A stretch of 35,074 bases of DNA from Jimgerdemannia flammicorona (taxonomy: Eukaryota). Numbering within the stretch: position 1 is the first letter of the stretch; each line of letters starts with the position of its first letter. The notes beneath the pieces were generated by a model that had not been told where the DNA came from, searched no databases, and was given only the letters and a program-made list of their open reading frames with translations. Positions 22,833-35,074 of the stretch are shown here, piece by piece. Made by a program: the position numbers and the translations under genes. The stretch spans positions 1 to 35,074 of the forward strand of contig RBNJ01000262.1 of the NCBI GenBank assembly GCA_003990765.1, written 5' to 3'.

Positions 22833-23649
22833 ATTTTTACTTTGAAGTAAGTGATCACTACTATTCAAGGTAGTGAAAGAGTTAGAATTATAATTATAAT
22901 TAGTAGTATATAGACTACTACTATGAAGATAGATATTTTTATAGTTATTAAATTATTTATAACTTAGAAAAATCAGCTAAATTAGTAAACTAACTTGAAA
23001 GTTTTTGATATATACATATTATCTGTAACTTTCTATATTCTATATATATTTTTCATTTTTAATTATCAGTATAGTCATATGATATATAAGCTGTAATATA
23101 TTGTAAATTCTATTCAAGTAGAGAATATAGAGCCTATAGTAAAGAAAAAGTAAGTTAAAGAGGACTAATTTAAATACAATGAGCTGAATCAGATAGAAAT
23201 AAGATATAGTGAGATAGTGTAAGATGAGGTAAAAGTAATAATATAAAATAATAGAGGTGATGAGATGAGATTGAAAAGTAGTAAAACAGACTACTAGATA
23301 ATTATTCTAAACTATCAAAGAATTATAAGCTATATTTTAAATATAAAACAAAATATATGAACTACTAGATCAGATAATTATTACTAAAACTATTATAGTA
23401 TTATTAACTAGTACTGGTCTTTTTTGTAGCTAAGAACCTTTAGTATCTAAATAATCTTGCTCAGTATTTTCTTTATACTTTTTCTAAAAAAAATATCATT
23501 ACTCAACTTTAGATCTAATGTATCTCTAAATATCTCTCTACTAGTTTTTCAAATACTATTAGTTTTTTTTAGAATATATTACTAGCTAGGTCCAGTAGTA
23601 ACAACTCTGTAAATATAATTAAAATCTATATCATTCTATTTATATTTAT

Positions 23650-25237
23650 TGTCACATAGTAGTTGCTGAGTCTTTCAAATATATCAGATTCTCTCCAAGA
23701 TATATCTCTTAGACTAATCTCAAGTTTGTTATAAGCAAGTTCTTATTGAAGTACCTTTCCAAGATCTTATAGTCCTCAAACTTCTTATCTTTAAAGTATC
23801 CTATTATTTCTTAGATTGTTTACATAGAATTGAGAGTAAGTGAACTGGAACTGACTTTATTTTAAAGGAAATAAGAAGGGTATTTATACAAAATATAATT
23901 CAATGATTGCTAAGTTATAAAGCTAAATATAAATTTCAATAACCAAACAAAATACTGGAATATAGAAAACTATAGTTGTCCATATAAATAGTTATATAAG
24001 TTTAGGATAGTAGTAGAATTTCAGTAGTATAGAAAAAGAATATCAGAAGAATTTTAAGTTACATAAGATCAGAATATCAGAAAAATAACAATTATATAGA
24101 AAAAGGATACTGGTAGAATCTGATGTTACTAAGAACTTAGAGCAGAAAGTTCAGAACTATAGAGGCTTTATCTTTATCACTATTAAGACTAGAGATTAGA
24201 GATAGGATGTCTTTGAAGAAGATGAGGTCTGTAAATATTTTGTCTATTTTGCATACTTTACATATCTCATATATGTCATGCAGGATGATGTCATCACTAA
24301 TAATATTATCACATTCAGTAGCAGTGAGAACAAAGAGGTCTGGGGCTCTCCAATCTATGATATTCTCTTCTACAAAATAAGAAATAAATGTAGGGTCTTA
24401 GAGAGATCTAACCTAGATACTGGGGCCTTGGAATTCTGAGATCAATTATTGTAGAAATTGATCTGGGTTGTTCTGGAAGATGGGATACCAGAAGTCTTCT
24501 ACTTCATTACTATTGAGGGTGATAGTAGACTGAGTCTCTGTGGCCACTATGGTCTCCAGTACATTAGTATAGCAGGCAGACAGTTTCTTGAAGTCTAAGA
24601 TTCTAGTATACTCTAAGTTGGAGATTAATCATAGTGCATGCCAGAAGATCTGATAAATCTTCTTTACTATCCTTATTTTATATATATCCATGGAGATAGC
24701 ATCTTGAATCTCCTGAAGACTGGCTTGAGGAAACTTCTGACAGAAGAGGTTTCTTATTTCATACTTTTGCTATATCTAGAGATATTCAGTAGTGATGGTG
24801 ATCCTTGTTTCCATTTCATAGTAATAGAGGATATAATGATAGGGGTTACCAGTATCTAGGTTGATGTTAGGAGTCCTTCTTGTATAGGTCCCTATGACTC
24901 TTCTGATGTCTTGGAACATCTTATCCTAGACTGAGGGGTCTTGGTGATTTCTGGATCTTAAGGTTTGGCAAGTGGTAGGCATTTTGTTTATAGTAAGTCT
25001 TTAGAACTATGTATTTCTGTGAGCTTTATTTGGATTGCTACTACTATAGTTTCTTGATCCTTCTTTTATATTTCTCAAGATGTCTGTCTTGTAGTCATAA
25101 TGACTCATGGTTGGTCATTATTACTTATCTTATAGCTCAGATGAGTTATGCTATATAATCTTCTTGTACTCTGATCTGGTAGTATAAGGAAAGGCTGTCT
25201 TCTGTACTGATATCATTATTCTGAGGTCACTATTACA
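23650..25237 (-). mobile_element. Solo LTR copy A of a Gypsy family (~1.59 kb)
   Basis: In element orientation TGTAATAG...GTGACA; 4-bp flanks TTAT/TTGT; homologous to copies B-D. Confidence 0.8.
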
Positions 25238-25313
25238 TTGTTTTTATTAATAGTATTATATCAGTAATAATTTTTCTATTATATAAATAATATTTATTAG
25301 TTAATATATATAA

Positions 25314-26914
25314 TATAACAGTAATCTTAGAATAGTAATATTATCATAGAAGATAGCCTTTCCTTATAAGCTATCAATTAAAGTATAAGAAGATTATATA
25401 GCATAACTTATCCAAGCTATAAGATGAGCAATAATGACTAACTATGAGTCATGAAAACCATAAGATAGACATCTTAAGGAATATAAAAGAAGAACTAGAA
25501 AACTACAGTAGTAGCAACTCTAATAAGACTTATAAAAACTTAAAATAGTTCAAAAGACTTATTATAAATAAAATGCCTATCACTTACTAAACTATAAGGT
25601 CCAGAAACTACCAAGGCTTCTCAGTCTAAGAAAGGATATTCCAAGACATCAGAAGAGCTATGAGGATCTGCACTAGAAGGATTTCTAGTCTCAATCTGGG
25701 TACTAGTGACTCTTATTACTTTACTCTCTACTACTATAAAATAGAGACAAGGATCACTACTACTATTGAATATCTCTAGATATAGCAGAAATATGAAATA
25801 GGAAATCTCCTCTACTGAAAATTCTCTCAGGCCAGTTCCCAAGAGATACAAGATACTACCTCTATAGATATATATAAATTGAGAGTAGCTAAAAAGATCT
25901 ATTAGATCTTCAGATATACATCTTAGTCAATTCTCAACTTAAAGTATACCAAAGTCTCAGACTTCAAGAAATTATCAGCTTACTACAAAATATACTAGAA
26001 GCCATAGTGGCTACAGAAGCCCAATTTACTATTACTCTCAAAAGTGATGAGGTAGAAGAGTTCTGAAATCCCATCCTTGAGGACAATCCAGATCAATTCT
26101 TATAAGGATTAATCTCAGTATTCTAAGGTCTCAGTATCCAGATCAGATACCCTCAAGATTTCACCTTTTTTCCCTACTTTGTGAAGAAAAATATCATAGA
26201 TTAGAGAACTCCTGATCTCCTTTCCACCACCATCAAATATGATGATGTCATCAGCAATAATATCATCCTACTAATTGATATTTGTGAAATGAATGAAACA
26301 GAAATATTTACTGATCTTATTTTCTTTAAAGATATTCTGTCTCTGACCTCTAGTCTTAATGATAGTAATGAAGATAAAGTCCCCAGAATTCTAAATATTC
26401 TACTCTAATTTGTTTATATAACTATTTTTTTGAACACTTGAATATTCTGATATCTTGATCTCATATAACTATCAGAAATTATTTCAATATTCTGATCTTG
26501 TGCAACTGATTGTACAGGTACTTAAATTTATACTTATAATCTGATATTTCCTATATTCAAATATTTTATTTAGTTATTGAATTTTATATTTAGCTTTATA
26601 TCTTAGTAATTATTGAATTATATTCTATATAAATACCCCTCTTATTTCTTTTAAAATAAAGTTAGTATTAAAAACACTCAAGCATTCAAGTACTCAACTA
26701 TTCAAAAGTACAAAAGTTCTAGTCCTCTATTCAATTCTATGCAAGTAAATCCAAGAAACAATAGAACAGTTTAAAGATAAGAAGTTTGAAGACTATAAGA
26801 TCTTGAGAAAGTACTCCAATAGAACTTACTTATAAGAAACTTATAGTTGGTCTAAGAGATATATCTTGAAAAGAATCTGACATACTTGAAGAACTCAGTA
26901 CCTACTATATGACA
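25314..26914 (+). mobile_element. Solo LTR copy B (~1.6 kb)
   Basis: TATAACAG...ATGACA (decayed TGTAAC...GTGACA) with a perfect 4-bp TSD ATAA (25310-25313, 26915-26918). Confidence 0.82.
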
Positions 26915-27345
26915 ATAAATAAATATTATTAAAGAATTTTGAATCTTTTGATCTTATTCTCATATATCTTGAAATAATTCTTTAAGAGAAAAAAGTGTCT
27001 GTATAAAATCTCTATAGATATTATTTTACTTGATCTCAAAGATACATATAAATAAGTTGGTCATCATTACGTTTAGTTACTTTGAAATCAATATAACTAT
27101 ATTCTTTATCACTATTTACATATTGCTCTAGATATAACTCTATACTAGTAACTATTATTACTACTATTAGCAAGATACTACCAATAAATTGAGTATGAAT
27201 TATTTTATTTTTATGAGCACTTATTGTGATAAGCAAATAGTATAATATAGCTAGAGATGTAAACTTCTAGCATAGCATAGTTACTCATGACTACTATACT
27301 TATAATTAGTCAGGATACCAAATCAGAGTTATTTATCTATATTCT

Positions 27346-28270
27346 GAGGACATACTTATGTTTGACAGATACACTTATGTCTTGCAGATATACTTATATC
27401 CTACAGATATACCCATATCCTATGAACACACTCAAACATTACTAGAGATAGTAAATTTATAATTATCCAGATAGCAATCAGATAGTAACTATAATATATA
27501 AAATACTTCAGAGATAAGAGTGAATAAATCTCAATCTAAATTGAAGTATAAACTAAAGAAGCCTCTAAAGATTGAGCATTGGTCTCCTTTTCCCACTTTG
27601 GTCTACTTTCTAATATAAAGAACAAGTCTGTTTTTGATTCACTTGCTAGATAAGTCTAAAGAATCTGAGAAATCTACCAAGTTCAAGGAAGAACTTTACC
27701 ACTATTTGAATAATCTGTTACTTAAGAAATAAGCTACCATTTTTAAAAAAAAAAGTCTGTCATCTTATCACCAAAGTCAGTCTGTTGATACAACTTTATA
27801 GTAGAGCCAGTCTATTAACATAACTATATATAAACAAAGTTAGTCTTGATACAACTTTGCTCAAGAAGTCTGCCATTCCCAGAGAACCCATAAGAAACCT
27901 TACTATAAGTCGGTCTTCTGATATAACTTCACAGTAAAGCCAGTCTATGATATAACTCTGTACAAATGAAGCTAGTTTTTGATATAACTTACTAAGAATC
28001 TATGATATCTAAGTTATCTAAGTTATTCAAATTATCTGCTCTCTGAGTTATTCAAATTATTCATACTATCTGAGTTATTTATCTATTCTTAGTAAGCCTA
28101 ATTCAGAAGAATTTACACTATCTGATATTTCCAGAAGAACCAATTCAGAAAGAATCTGCATCATTTGAGTTATCTAAGTTATCTGTACCATTTAAGTTAT
28201 TATTCAAGAAGTATACTGATTTAGAAGAATCTATACCAAACTAAGTTATTCACTAAATCAAGTTATCTAC
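27346..28270. repeat. Degenerate tandem repeat arrays in unclassified decayed DNA
   Basis: ~19-bp unit CAGATACACTTATGTCTTG (~27346-27430), repeated AGTCT..GATACAACTT units (~27775-27990) and GAGTTATC/AAGTTATT units (~28005-28270). Confidence 0.55.
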
Positions 28271-29173
28271 CAAATTGTATAAAGAAGTCCACCAAGATCA
28301 TTATGCTAAAAATTGTATACTTTTGGAGATCATTGTGCTATATAGAGATTGTCTACTACTCAAGAAAGAAACTGCTAAATTGCTAGATTATTCTATATAA
28401 GAAATTCTGTCATACTATACTAAATTATCTATTATATCAAATCACTACTATATCTAGTTCCAATAAGGAAATCAATACCATTGTATTCAGACTTGACTAT
28501 TATACTGCTAAATACTAAGAACCTCAGGAATTTTAGAATATTTTATTGCTTTTTGACAAAGTAACTAAAGGCTCAAGCCAAACTATATTAACCCCCAATC
28601 TTATAATTTATCTCTATTGAGCCAGGTACATATATTACACTATACTAAATCTACAATTTTTATCTAAAATAATAATTTAGAAATAATTAATTATATATAA
28701 AATAATACAATCTTATATAAAAGCAAAATATATATATCTTAATATTATTTATATAATGAGTAAAATTTTTATTTTTTTTTTATCAATTATTATAGTATAT
28801 ATAATATAATATATTAATAATAAATATAATATTTCTTCCAAAATAAAGAACTGATATTATAATATCAGTTAGCAGTAAATATACTCTACTTTATATCACA
28901 ATTATAAATATTATTAAAAATATAAATTTATATCCAAATTAAAAGTAAGTATATATTTAATATTATTAGTAATACTATTTTTTATCAAGAATATAGATAG
29001 GTGATTTCTCTTATTACTTAAAAATAAGTACTTCTTAACTAATTCTAAAAAATATAAAAGGATATATTATATATATATATAATGAGTATATATTTCTACT
29101 CTATATAAAATCTTTATTTTTTATTTAAGATATAAAATCTTTATTATTATCTAGAATATATATATATTATTAT

Positions 29174-30707
29174 TGTAATAGTGACTCCAGAATGATGATA
29201 TCAGCACAAAAGACAGCCTTTTCTTGCAAGCCACCAGATTAGAGCACAAGAAGATTATACAGCATATGAGATGAGCAATGATGACCAACTGTAAGTCATT
29301 GTGACTATAGTATAAGTATTCTAAAGAATATAAAAAAAGGATCAAGGAACCACAGTAGCAGCAACCAACAAGAACCACCAATCCCAAAATAGCTCAAATA
29401 CTTACTACAAATAAAATGCCTGCTGCCCACCAAACCTCAAGGTCAAGGAATCACCAAAGTATCTTGGTCGAGGAAAGGATGTTCTAAGACATTAGAAGAG
29501 CCATGGGGACCTGCTCAAGAAGGACTCCTAGTGTCAACCTGGGTACTGCAGACTCTTATCACTTCATTCTCTACTACTGTGAAATGGAAACAAGGATCAC
29601 CATTGCTAATGAATGCTTCCAAATATGGTAGGAGTACAAAATAGGAAACCTCCTCTGCTGGGAGTTCCCACAGGCCAGCACCCAAGAGCTACAAGATACC
29701 ACTCCTATGGATATATGTGAAATGAGGACAGCTAAGAAGATCCATCAGATCTTCAGGTATATACCATGGTTGATCCCCAACTTGGAGTATATCAGAGTCT
29801 CAGACTTCAGAGACCTATCATCCCACCATATCAATGCACTAGAAGCCAGGGTGGCTACAGAAGCCCAGTCCACTATCACCCTCAACAGTGAAGAAGTAGA
29901 AGACTTCTGGCATCCTATCCTTCAGGACAACCCAGACCAATTCCTGCAAGGATTGATCTCAGTATTCCAAGACCCAAGCATCCAGGTTAGACCTCCCCAA
30001 GACTCCACATTTATTCCCTATTTTGTGGAAGAGAACCTCATAGACTGGAGAGCTTCAGATCTTGTTCCTGATTTCCCCGCCAAACATGATGATGTCATTG
30101 GTGATAACATCATCCTGTGCGATATATGCAAAATATGTGACCTACACAATAAGTTCGCAGATCTCATCTCCTTCAGTGATGATGATGATGAGGATGAAGC
30201 TCCCATGGTCCTGAACTTTCTGCTCTAAGTTCTTTGTTACACTGAATAATGCCAGCACCAGTATTCTCATGTAACACTGGATAATACCAGTACTGGTATT
30301 CTGAGATAATGTGAAATTGTTCCAGCATTGGCATTTTGATGTGACACTAAATAATGCCAGCATCCTGAACCTGTATAACCATCAGTGCCAGCCCTGGAAC
30401 TTAGTAGTTTTAGTTATTGGAATTTATATTTAGCTTTATATCTTAGCAACTATTGAATTATATTCTGTATAAATACCCCTCTTATTTCCTCTGAAATAAA
30501 GTCAGTTTCTCTTAGTACAATACACACACTTCCTTACAAGCAATCTAAGAGATAACAAGACAGTTAAAGATAAGAAGTTTGAGGACTATAAGACCTTGGG
30601 AAGGTACTCCAATAAGAACTTGCTTATAACAAACTTGAGTTAGTCTAAGAGATATACCTTGAAGAGAATCTGGTATATTTGAAGGACTCAGTGACCACTA
30701 CATGATA
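29174..30707 (+). mobile_element. Solo LTR copy C (~1.53 kb), least decayed
   Basis: TGTAATAG...CATGATA, flanked by TTAT (29170-29173, 30708-30711); TATAAATA at 30468, AATAAA at 30495. Confidence 0.82.
29416..30228 (+). pseudogene. LTR-encoded ORF of unknown function (~270 aa; two premature stops in this copy)
   Basis: ATG 29416 is in frame with the 173-aa ORF 29707-30228. The first stop (TAA) is CAA in sister copies. The homologous frame is recognisable in all four LTRs. Confidence 0.7.
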
Positions 30708-32312
30708 TTATATAGTGAGTGCTGAGCTCTCCAAGTATATCAGATTCTCTTCAAGATATATCTCTTAGACCAACTACAAGTTTCTTATAAGTAAGTTCTA
30801 TTGGAGTATCTTCTCAAAGTCTTATAGTCCTCAAAGTTCTTATCTTTAAACTGTTTTATTGTCTCTTGGATTTACTTACATAGAATTGAATAGAGGACCA
30901 GAACTTTTGTGCTCTTGAGTAGTTGGGTACTTGAATACTTGAGTATTTTAATACTGACTTTATTTCAAAGGAAATGAGAGGAGTATTTATATAAAATATA
31001 ATTTGATAGTTACTAAGATATAAAGCTAAATATAAAATCCAATAACCAAATAAGATATTTGAACATAGAAAACTTCAGATTGTAAGTATAAATTCAAGTA
31101 TCTGTACAATTGATTATATAAGATCAAAATACTGAAATAATTTCTGATAGTTATACAAAGTCAGAGTGCTAGAATATTCAAGTATTCAAACAAATAGTTA
31201 TATAAACAAATTAGAGTATAATGTTCAAAATTCTCAAGGCCTCATCTTCATTACTATCATTAAGACTGGAGATTAGAAATAAGATATCTTCAAAAGAAAT
31301 AAGATCAGTGAGAATTTCTGTAAGCATTTTATTCATTTTGTATATATTGATTAGCAAGATAATGTCATCAACAATAATATCATCATGTTCAGCAGTAGTG
31401 ATAAGGAGATCAAGGGCTCTCCAATCTATGATGTTTTTCTCTACAAAGTAGGGGACAAAGGTGGGATCTTGAGGGGGTCTGATCTGGATACTGGGGCCTT
31501 AGAATACTGAGATTAATTCTTATAGAAATTGATCTGGATTGTCCTGGAGAATGGGATTCTAGAACTCTTCTATTTTATCACTTTTGAGAGTGATGGTAAA
31601 TTGGACTTCTGTGGCCACTATGGCTTCTAGTGCATCTGTATAGCAGGCTGACAATTTCTTGAAGTCTGAGACTCTGGTATGCTCTAAGTTGGAGATTGAC
31701 TAAGATGTATATCTGAAGATCTGATGGATATTTTTAGCTACTCTCAATTTATATATATTAATAGAGATATTATCTTGTATCTCTTAGAGACTAGCCTAGG
31801 GGAATTCCCAGTAGAGGAGATTTATTATTTTATATTCCTACTATATTTAGAGGTATTCAGTAGCAATAGTGATCCTTGTCTCTATTTTACAGTAGTAGAG
31901 AGTAAAGTGATAAGAGTTACTAATACCCAGGTTGAGACTAGGAATTCTTCTGGTGCAGGTCCTCATGGCTCTCCTGATGTCTTGAAATATTCTTTCTTAC
32001 ACTGAGAGACCTTGGTAGTTCCTGGACATTGAGTTTGACAAGTGGTAGGCATTTTGTTTATAGTGAGTCTTTTGAACTATTTCAGAGTTTTATAAGTCTT
32101 ATTTGAGTTACTGCTACTGTAGTTTCTTGGTTCTTCTTTTATATTCCTTGAGATATCTATCTTGTGGTCATTATGATTCATGGTTTGTCATCATTACTTA
32201 TCTTATAGCCTGGATGAGTTATGCTATATGATCTTCTTGTGCTCTGATCTAGTAGCTTATAAGGAAAGACTCTCTTCTGTGATGATATCACTATTCTGAG
32301 ATCACTATTATA
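30708..32312 (-). mobile_element. LTR copy D = 3' LTR of the adjacent Gypsy element
   Basis: Homologous to A-C. Preceded on the minus strand by the purine tract AGGAAGAAGA (32322-32313) and pol remnants. Confidence 0.85.
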
Positions 32313-32322
32313 TCTTCTTCCT
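32313..32322 (-). other. Polypurine tract (PPT)
   Basis: AGGAAGAAGA abuts the start of the 3' LTR. Confidence 0.65.
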
Positions 32323-32329
32323 GAATAAG

Positions 32330-34830
32330 AATCTTCTCTTATATATCCTTATTTATTGATCTAGACTGAAAAATTTTCTGATTCCATAACCTCTAACAGT
32401 AGGTCAAAAAGTGGAGTTTATAGGCTGATATCTTTTTTATATATTTTGGCATAATGGTGAAGAGTAGCTCCTTTCATATAGAATAAGAGCCTGATTCTGA
32501 TCTTAATTAATCAGTTGATAGTTCAAACTTCTCTAGCTTCAAAAGTCTTATAAATTAGTAGTTGCTAATACTGTATTCCTTAGAGAATAGTCTAGATGGA
32601 TTGCCTGCTAGTTACAGAACATACTGTTATGATTTGCAGACTAGAACTTTATAGGCAGTTATTATATTTTACTTCTCTTATATAGGTTCATAGTACTTCT
32701 TGAGTCTGTTCCTATATACCATAGTAGATAGTATGATCTTTGAGAGATTTCTAAGCTAGAAGATAGTTTTCTTGATATCTTATATATAAAAGAATCTTTT
32801 CCATTTAGGCTCCAGTTTTTATAACTATGAGACTTCATTCATATTTTGATATAATAGGACCTTTTCTCTAATTTGGATGAGTTCTAGGGTCTTGTGATTC
32901 CTTTCTACATTCTTTTCTTATTAGTACTTATGACTTGGATGTAATCTTCTGCCTTCTTCCTGATTTGGTATAGTCTCTGGATTTCTGAGTCAATCTGTCA
33001 CTAAGTTAGATCTAGATTTATGGCTGAAGTTCTATCAGAATCTTCTTCTCCAAAGAGTAGTTCTCTTAGAGTAAAGTATATACTCTGTGACTATATATCT
33101 TATAGAATAGAGAGGATAGTTGGGAGGTAGTTATCTCAATTCTCATATGTATCTAAGATCTTGACCAAGATGTTCTTGAAGGTTTTGTTGGTTCTTTCTA
33201 TCTATCTATTTCCTTGAGAGTGATATGTGGTAATCTTGATATACTGAATTTTGTATTTCTGATATATTATCTTATAGGAATCTATTGACAAATTCTATAC
33301 TATAGTCTGTGGTGATTTGCCTTGATATCTTATAGCAGCAGATGATTTCTTGGTATAAAAAGTTAGCAATAGAGAGAACATTGGTTTCTTATAATACTCT
33401 TGCTTCTATCTATTTAGTAAAGAGATCTACAATAACTATAATATAGCAGCTTCCTAATAAAGTTACTGATAGTAGTCTAATAATGTCTATTGCAATGTAG
33501 TAGAAGAGGATAAGTTCAATTCTTGATGACCTGGATATCTGGTTTTGCTGATCTTATTTCTGTTTTTAGTACTTATCACACCTTTTGACAAATTGATACA
33601 GGTCTTCTTTTATCTTAGGCCACTATATGGTTTTTTTTGTCTTATTATATATATTGATTCCTCCTAAGTATACTTGTTCATATACTTTCTTCATTACTTG
33701 ATACTTTTTATATTTAGATATAATAAGCTTTTCTCCTTTTCTGAGTATAGTGTTATTTAGTTTGAATTACTTCTAAGTCTGATTGATGATAGTGATAGTC
33801 CAGAGTTCAAGATGGTTGAGTATCTTTTGCTGCCCAAGATAGCTAATTAATCTATAGTATAGCTCCTTATTTTTGTTGAATAGTCTTGATAGAGGTATTT
33901 TAGGGTATTCTTGAAAGTATATCAGTATTGGCATTAGTTCTTTCTGAGTGGTGTTTGACAGTATAGTCATACTCTTGCAATCTGTAGATCTATCTGATAG
34001 AGGTTCAAAGTGTAGAATAGCTAGGTGAGAGCAGAATGGTCCATTTGAATAGTGAAGTATTTTCCAACTAGGTAGTAGTGGAACTTGTCTACTACTCAGA
34101 CTACTGTTAAGTATTTAAGCTTATATGTCTTATAGTTTTGTTCTGCTCTACAGATACCTCAGCTTATATAAGAGATGACATATTCATATCTATCTTTCTT
34201 CTGAGCTAATACTGCTCCAAGTCCTATAGTACTTGTATCTATCTATAAGATGAACTAGGTTTCAATCTAGTTTTTTAAGAATAAGTGCTTAGATCAACTT
34301 GGTCTTGAGTTTATTGAAGTTTTCTTAATATTCTATAGTCTATTCAAACTTGATCTTCTTCTTCAGTAGCTCATAGATAGGTGCTACAATGTTGGAGTAT
34401 TCTTTGATTAATCTTCTATAGTAGGAGGCTAGTTTAAGGAAGATATGGACTTCTATAGTTGTTCTGAGTCTTGGGTAGGCTGCAACAGTCTCAATCTTCA
34501 TAGGGTCTATATGAATTCTAGTCTGATTGATAATGTATCCTAGGTAGATGATTTCTTGAGCTACAAACTTATACTTCTTGAGCTTAATATAGAGACTATG
34601 CTCCTTAAGCTTCTTGAGAGCTAGCTATATATAGTTAATATATTCTTATATAGTATTACTGAAGATAATTATATCATTAATATAGACAAAGAGCTATTTT
34701 CCAATTTCATTGCTGAAGACTCTATTCATTATTTACTGAAAACTTGCTAGGGTATTGCACATTCTAAATAGCATTTATAGGTAGATATAGATAGTATCAG
34801 ATATGATAAAGGCTGATTTCTCACTAATAT
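32330..34830 (-). pseudogene. Decayed Ty3/Gypsy pol (RT-RNase H-integrase order), 5'-truncated
   Basis: EKSAF...MLFRMCNTLASFQ*IMN...FVYINDIIIFS (RT, decayed YIDD); LASYYRRLI; VDKFHYYLVGKYFTIQMDHSAL (RH); LGGINN...WPKIKEDLYQFVKRCDK (Zn finger); IAIDII...IVDLFTK and YHSQGNR*IERTNKT (integrase core); LEPKWKRFF (GPY/F-like). Confidence 0.9.
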
Positions 34831-35074
34831 CTTGAGTGAGAGAGAAGTGACTACTATAGTGAGAAGAGTTGATGGAGGATATCTTAACAGGCTGGTAGCT
34901 GGGATGAGGTCTACAGAGTGGTCAGAGGTGTTATTTAGTAGAGAAAATTTGTGGGCAGAGTAGGAAAAGAGTTGGGATAGTGAGTAGTAGAGTGGTGTTC
35001 AAGTATAAAGGTATAGAGGGGGGGGGCCCTAGGGGGATTGGGTAGTAGAAGAGAGCACTGTATTTATATTTAAT

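Noticed and set aside
30703..30710. TGATATTA as a decayed tRNA-Met primer-binding site
   Set aside because: Comparison with copies A and B shows these bases are the LTR terminus (GTGACA) plus TSD.

Overview
Eukaryotic, intron-containing fungal DNA. The ATG15 motifs and AIG1-type GTPases suggest an early-diverging, Mucoromycota-like lineage (inference). A GC/CpG-rich gene island (~4.45-17.1 kb) holds a 5-exon ATG15-like lipase, a small frameshifted gene on the minus strand, two tandem 3-exon AIG1/GIMAP-like GTPases and a truncated gene remnant. It is flanked by AT-rich, transition-riddled transposon debris. On the left is a full-length decayed PIF/Harbinger element with a nested hAT-type foldback MITE. 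On the right are a second Harbinger transposase remnant, four copies of a ~1.55-1.6 kb Gypsy LTR that carries its own ORF, and the decayed pol of that Gypsy family. The standout is a relatively young 4.26 kb endonuclease-less Penelope-like retroelement (18569-22832). It has a Cys/His-rich ORF1, an RT ORF in the -1 frame behind an A-AAA-AAA slippery site and hairpin, 503-bp pseudo-LTRs, and an ~830-bp foldback at its left end centred on a GC-rich multi-hairpin cassette. Both ends of the element stop at essentially the same nucleotide of the repeat. All calls come from manual reading and motif recognition; no searches were run.
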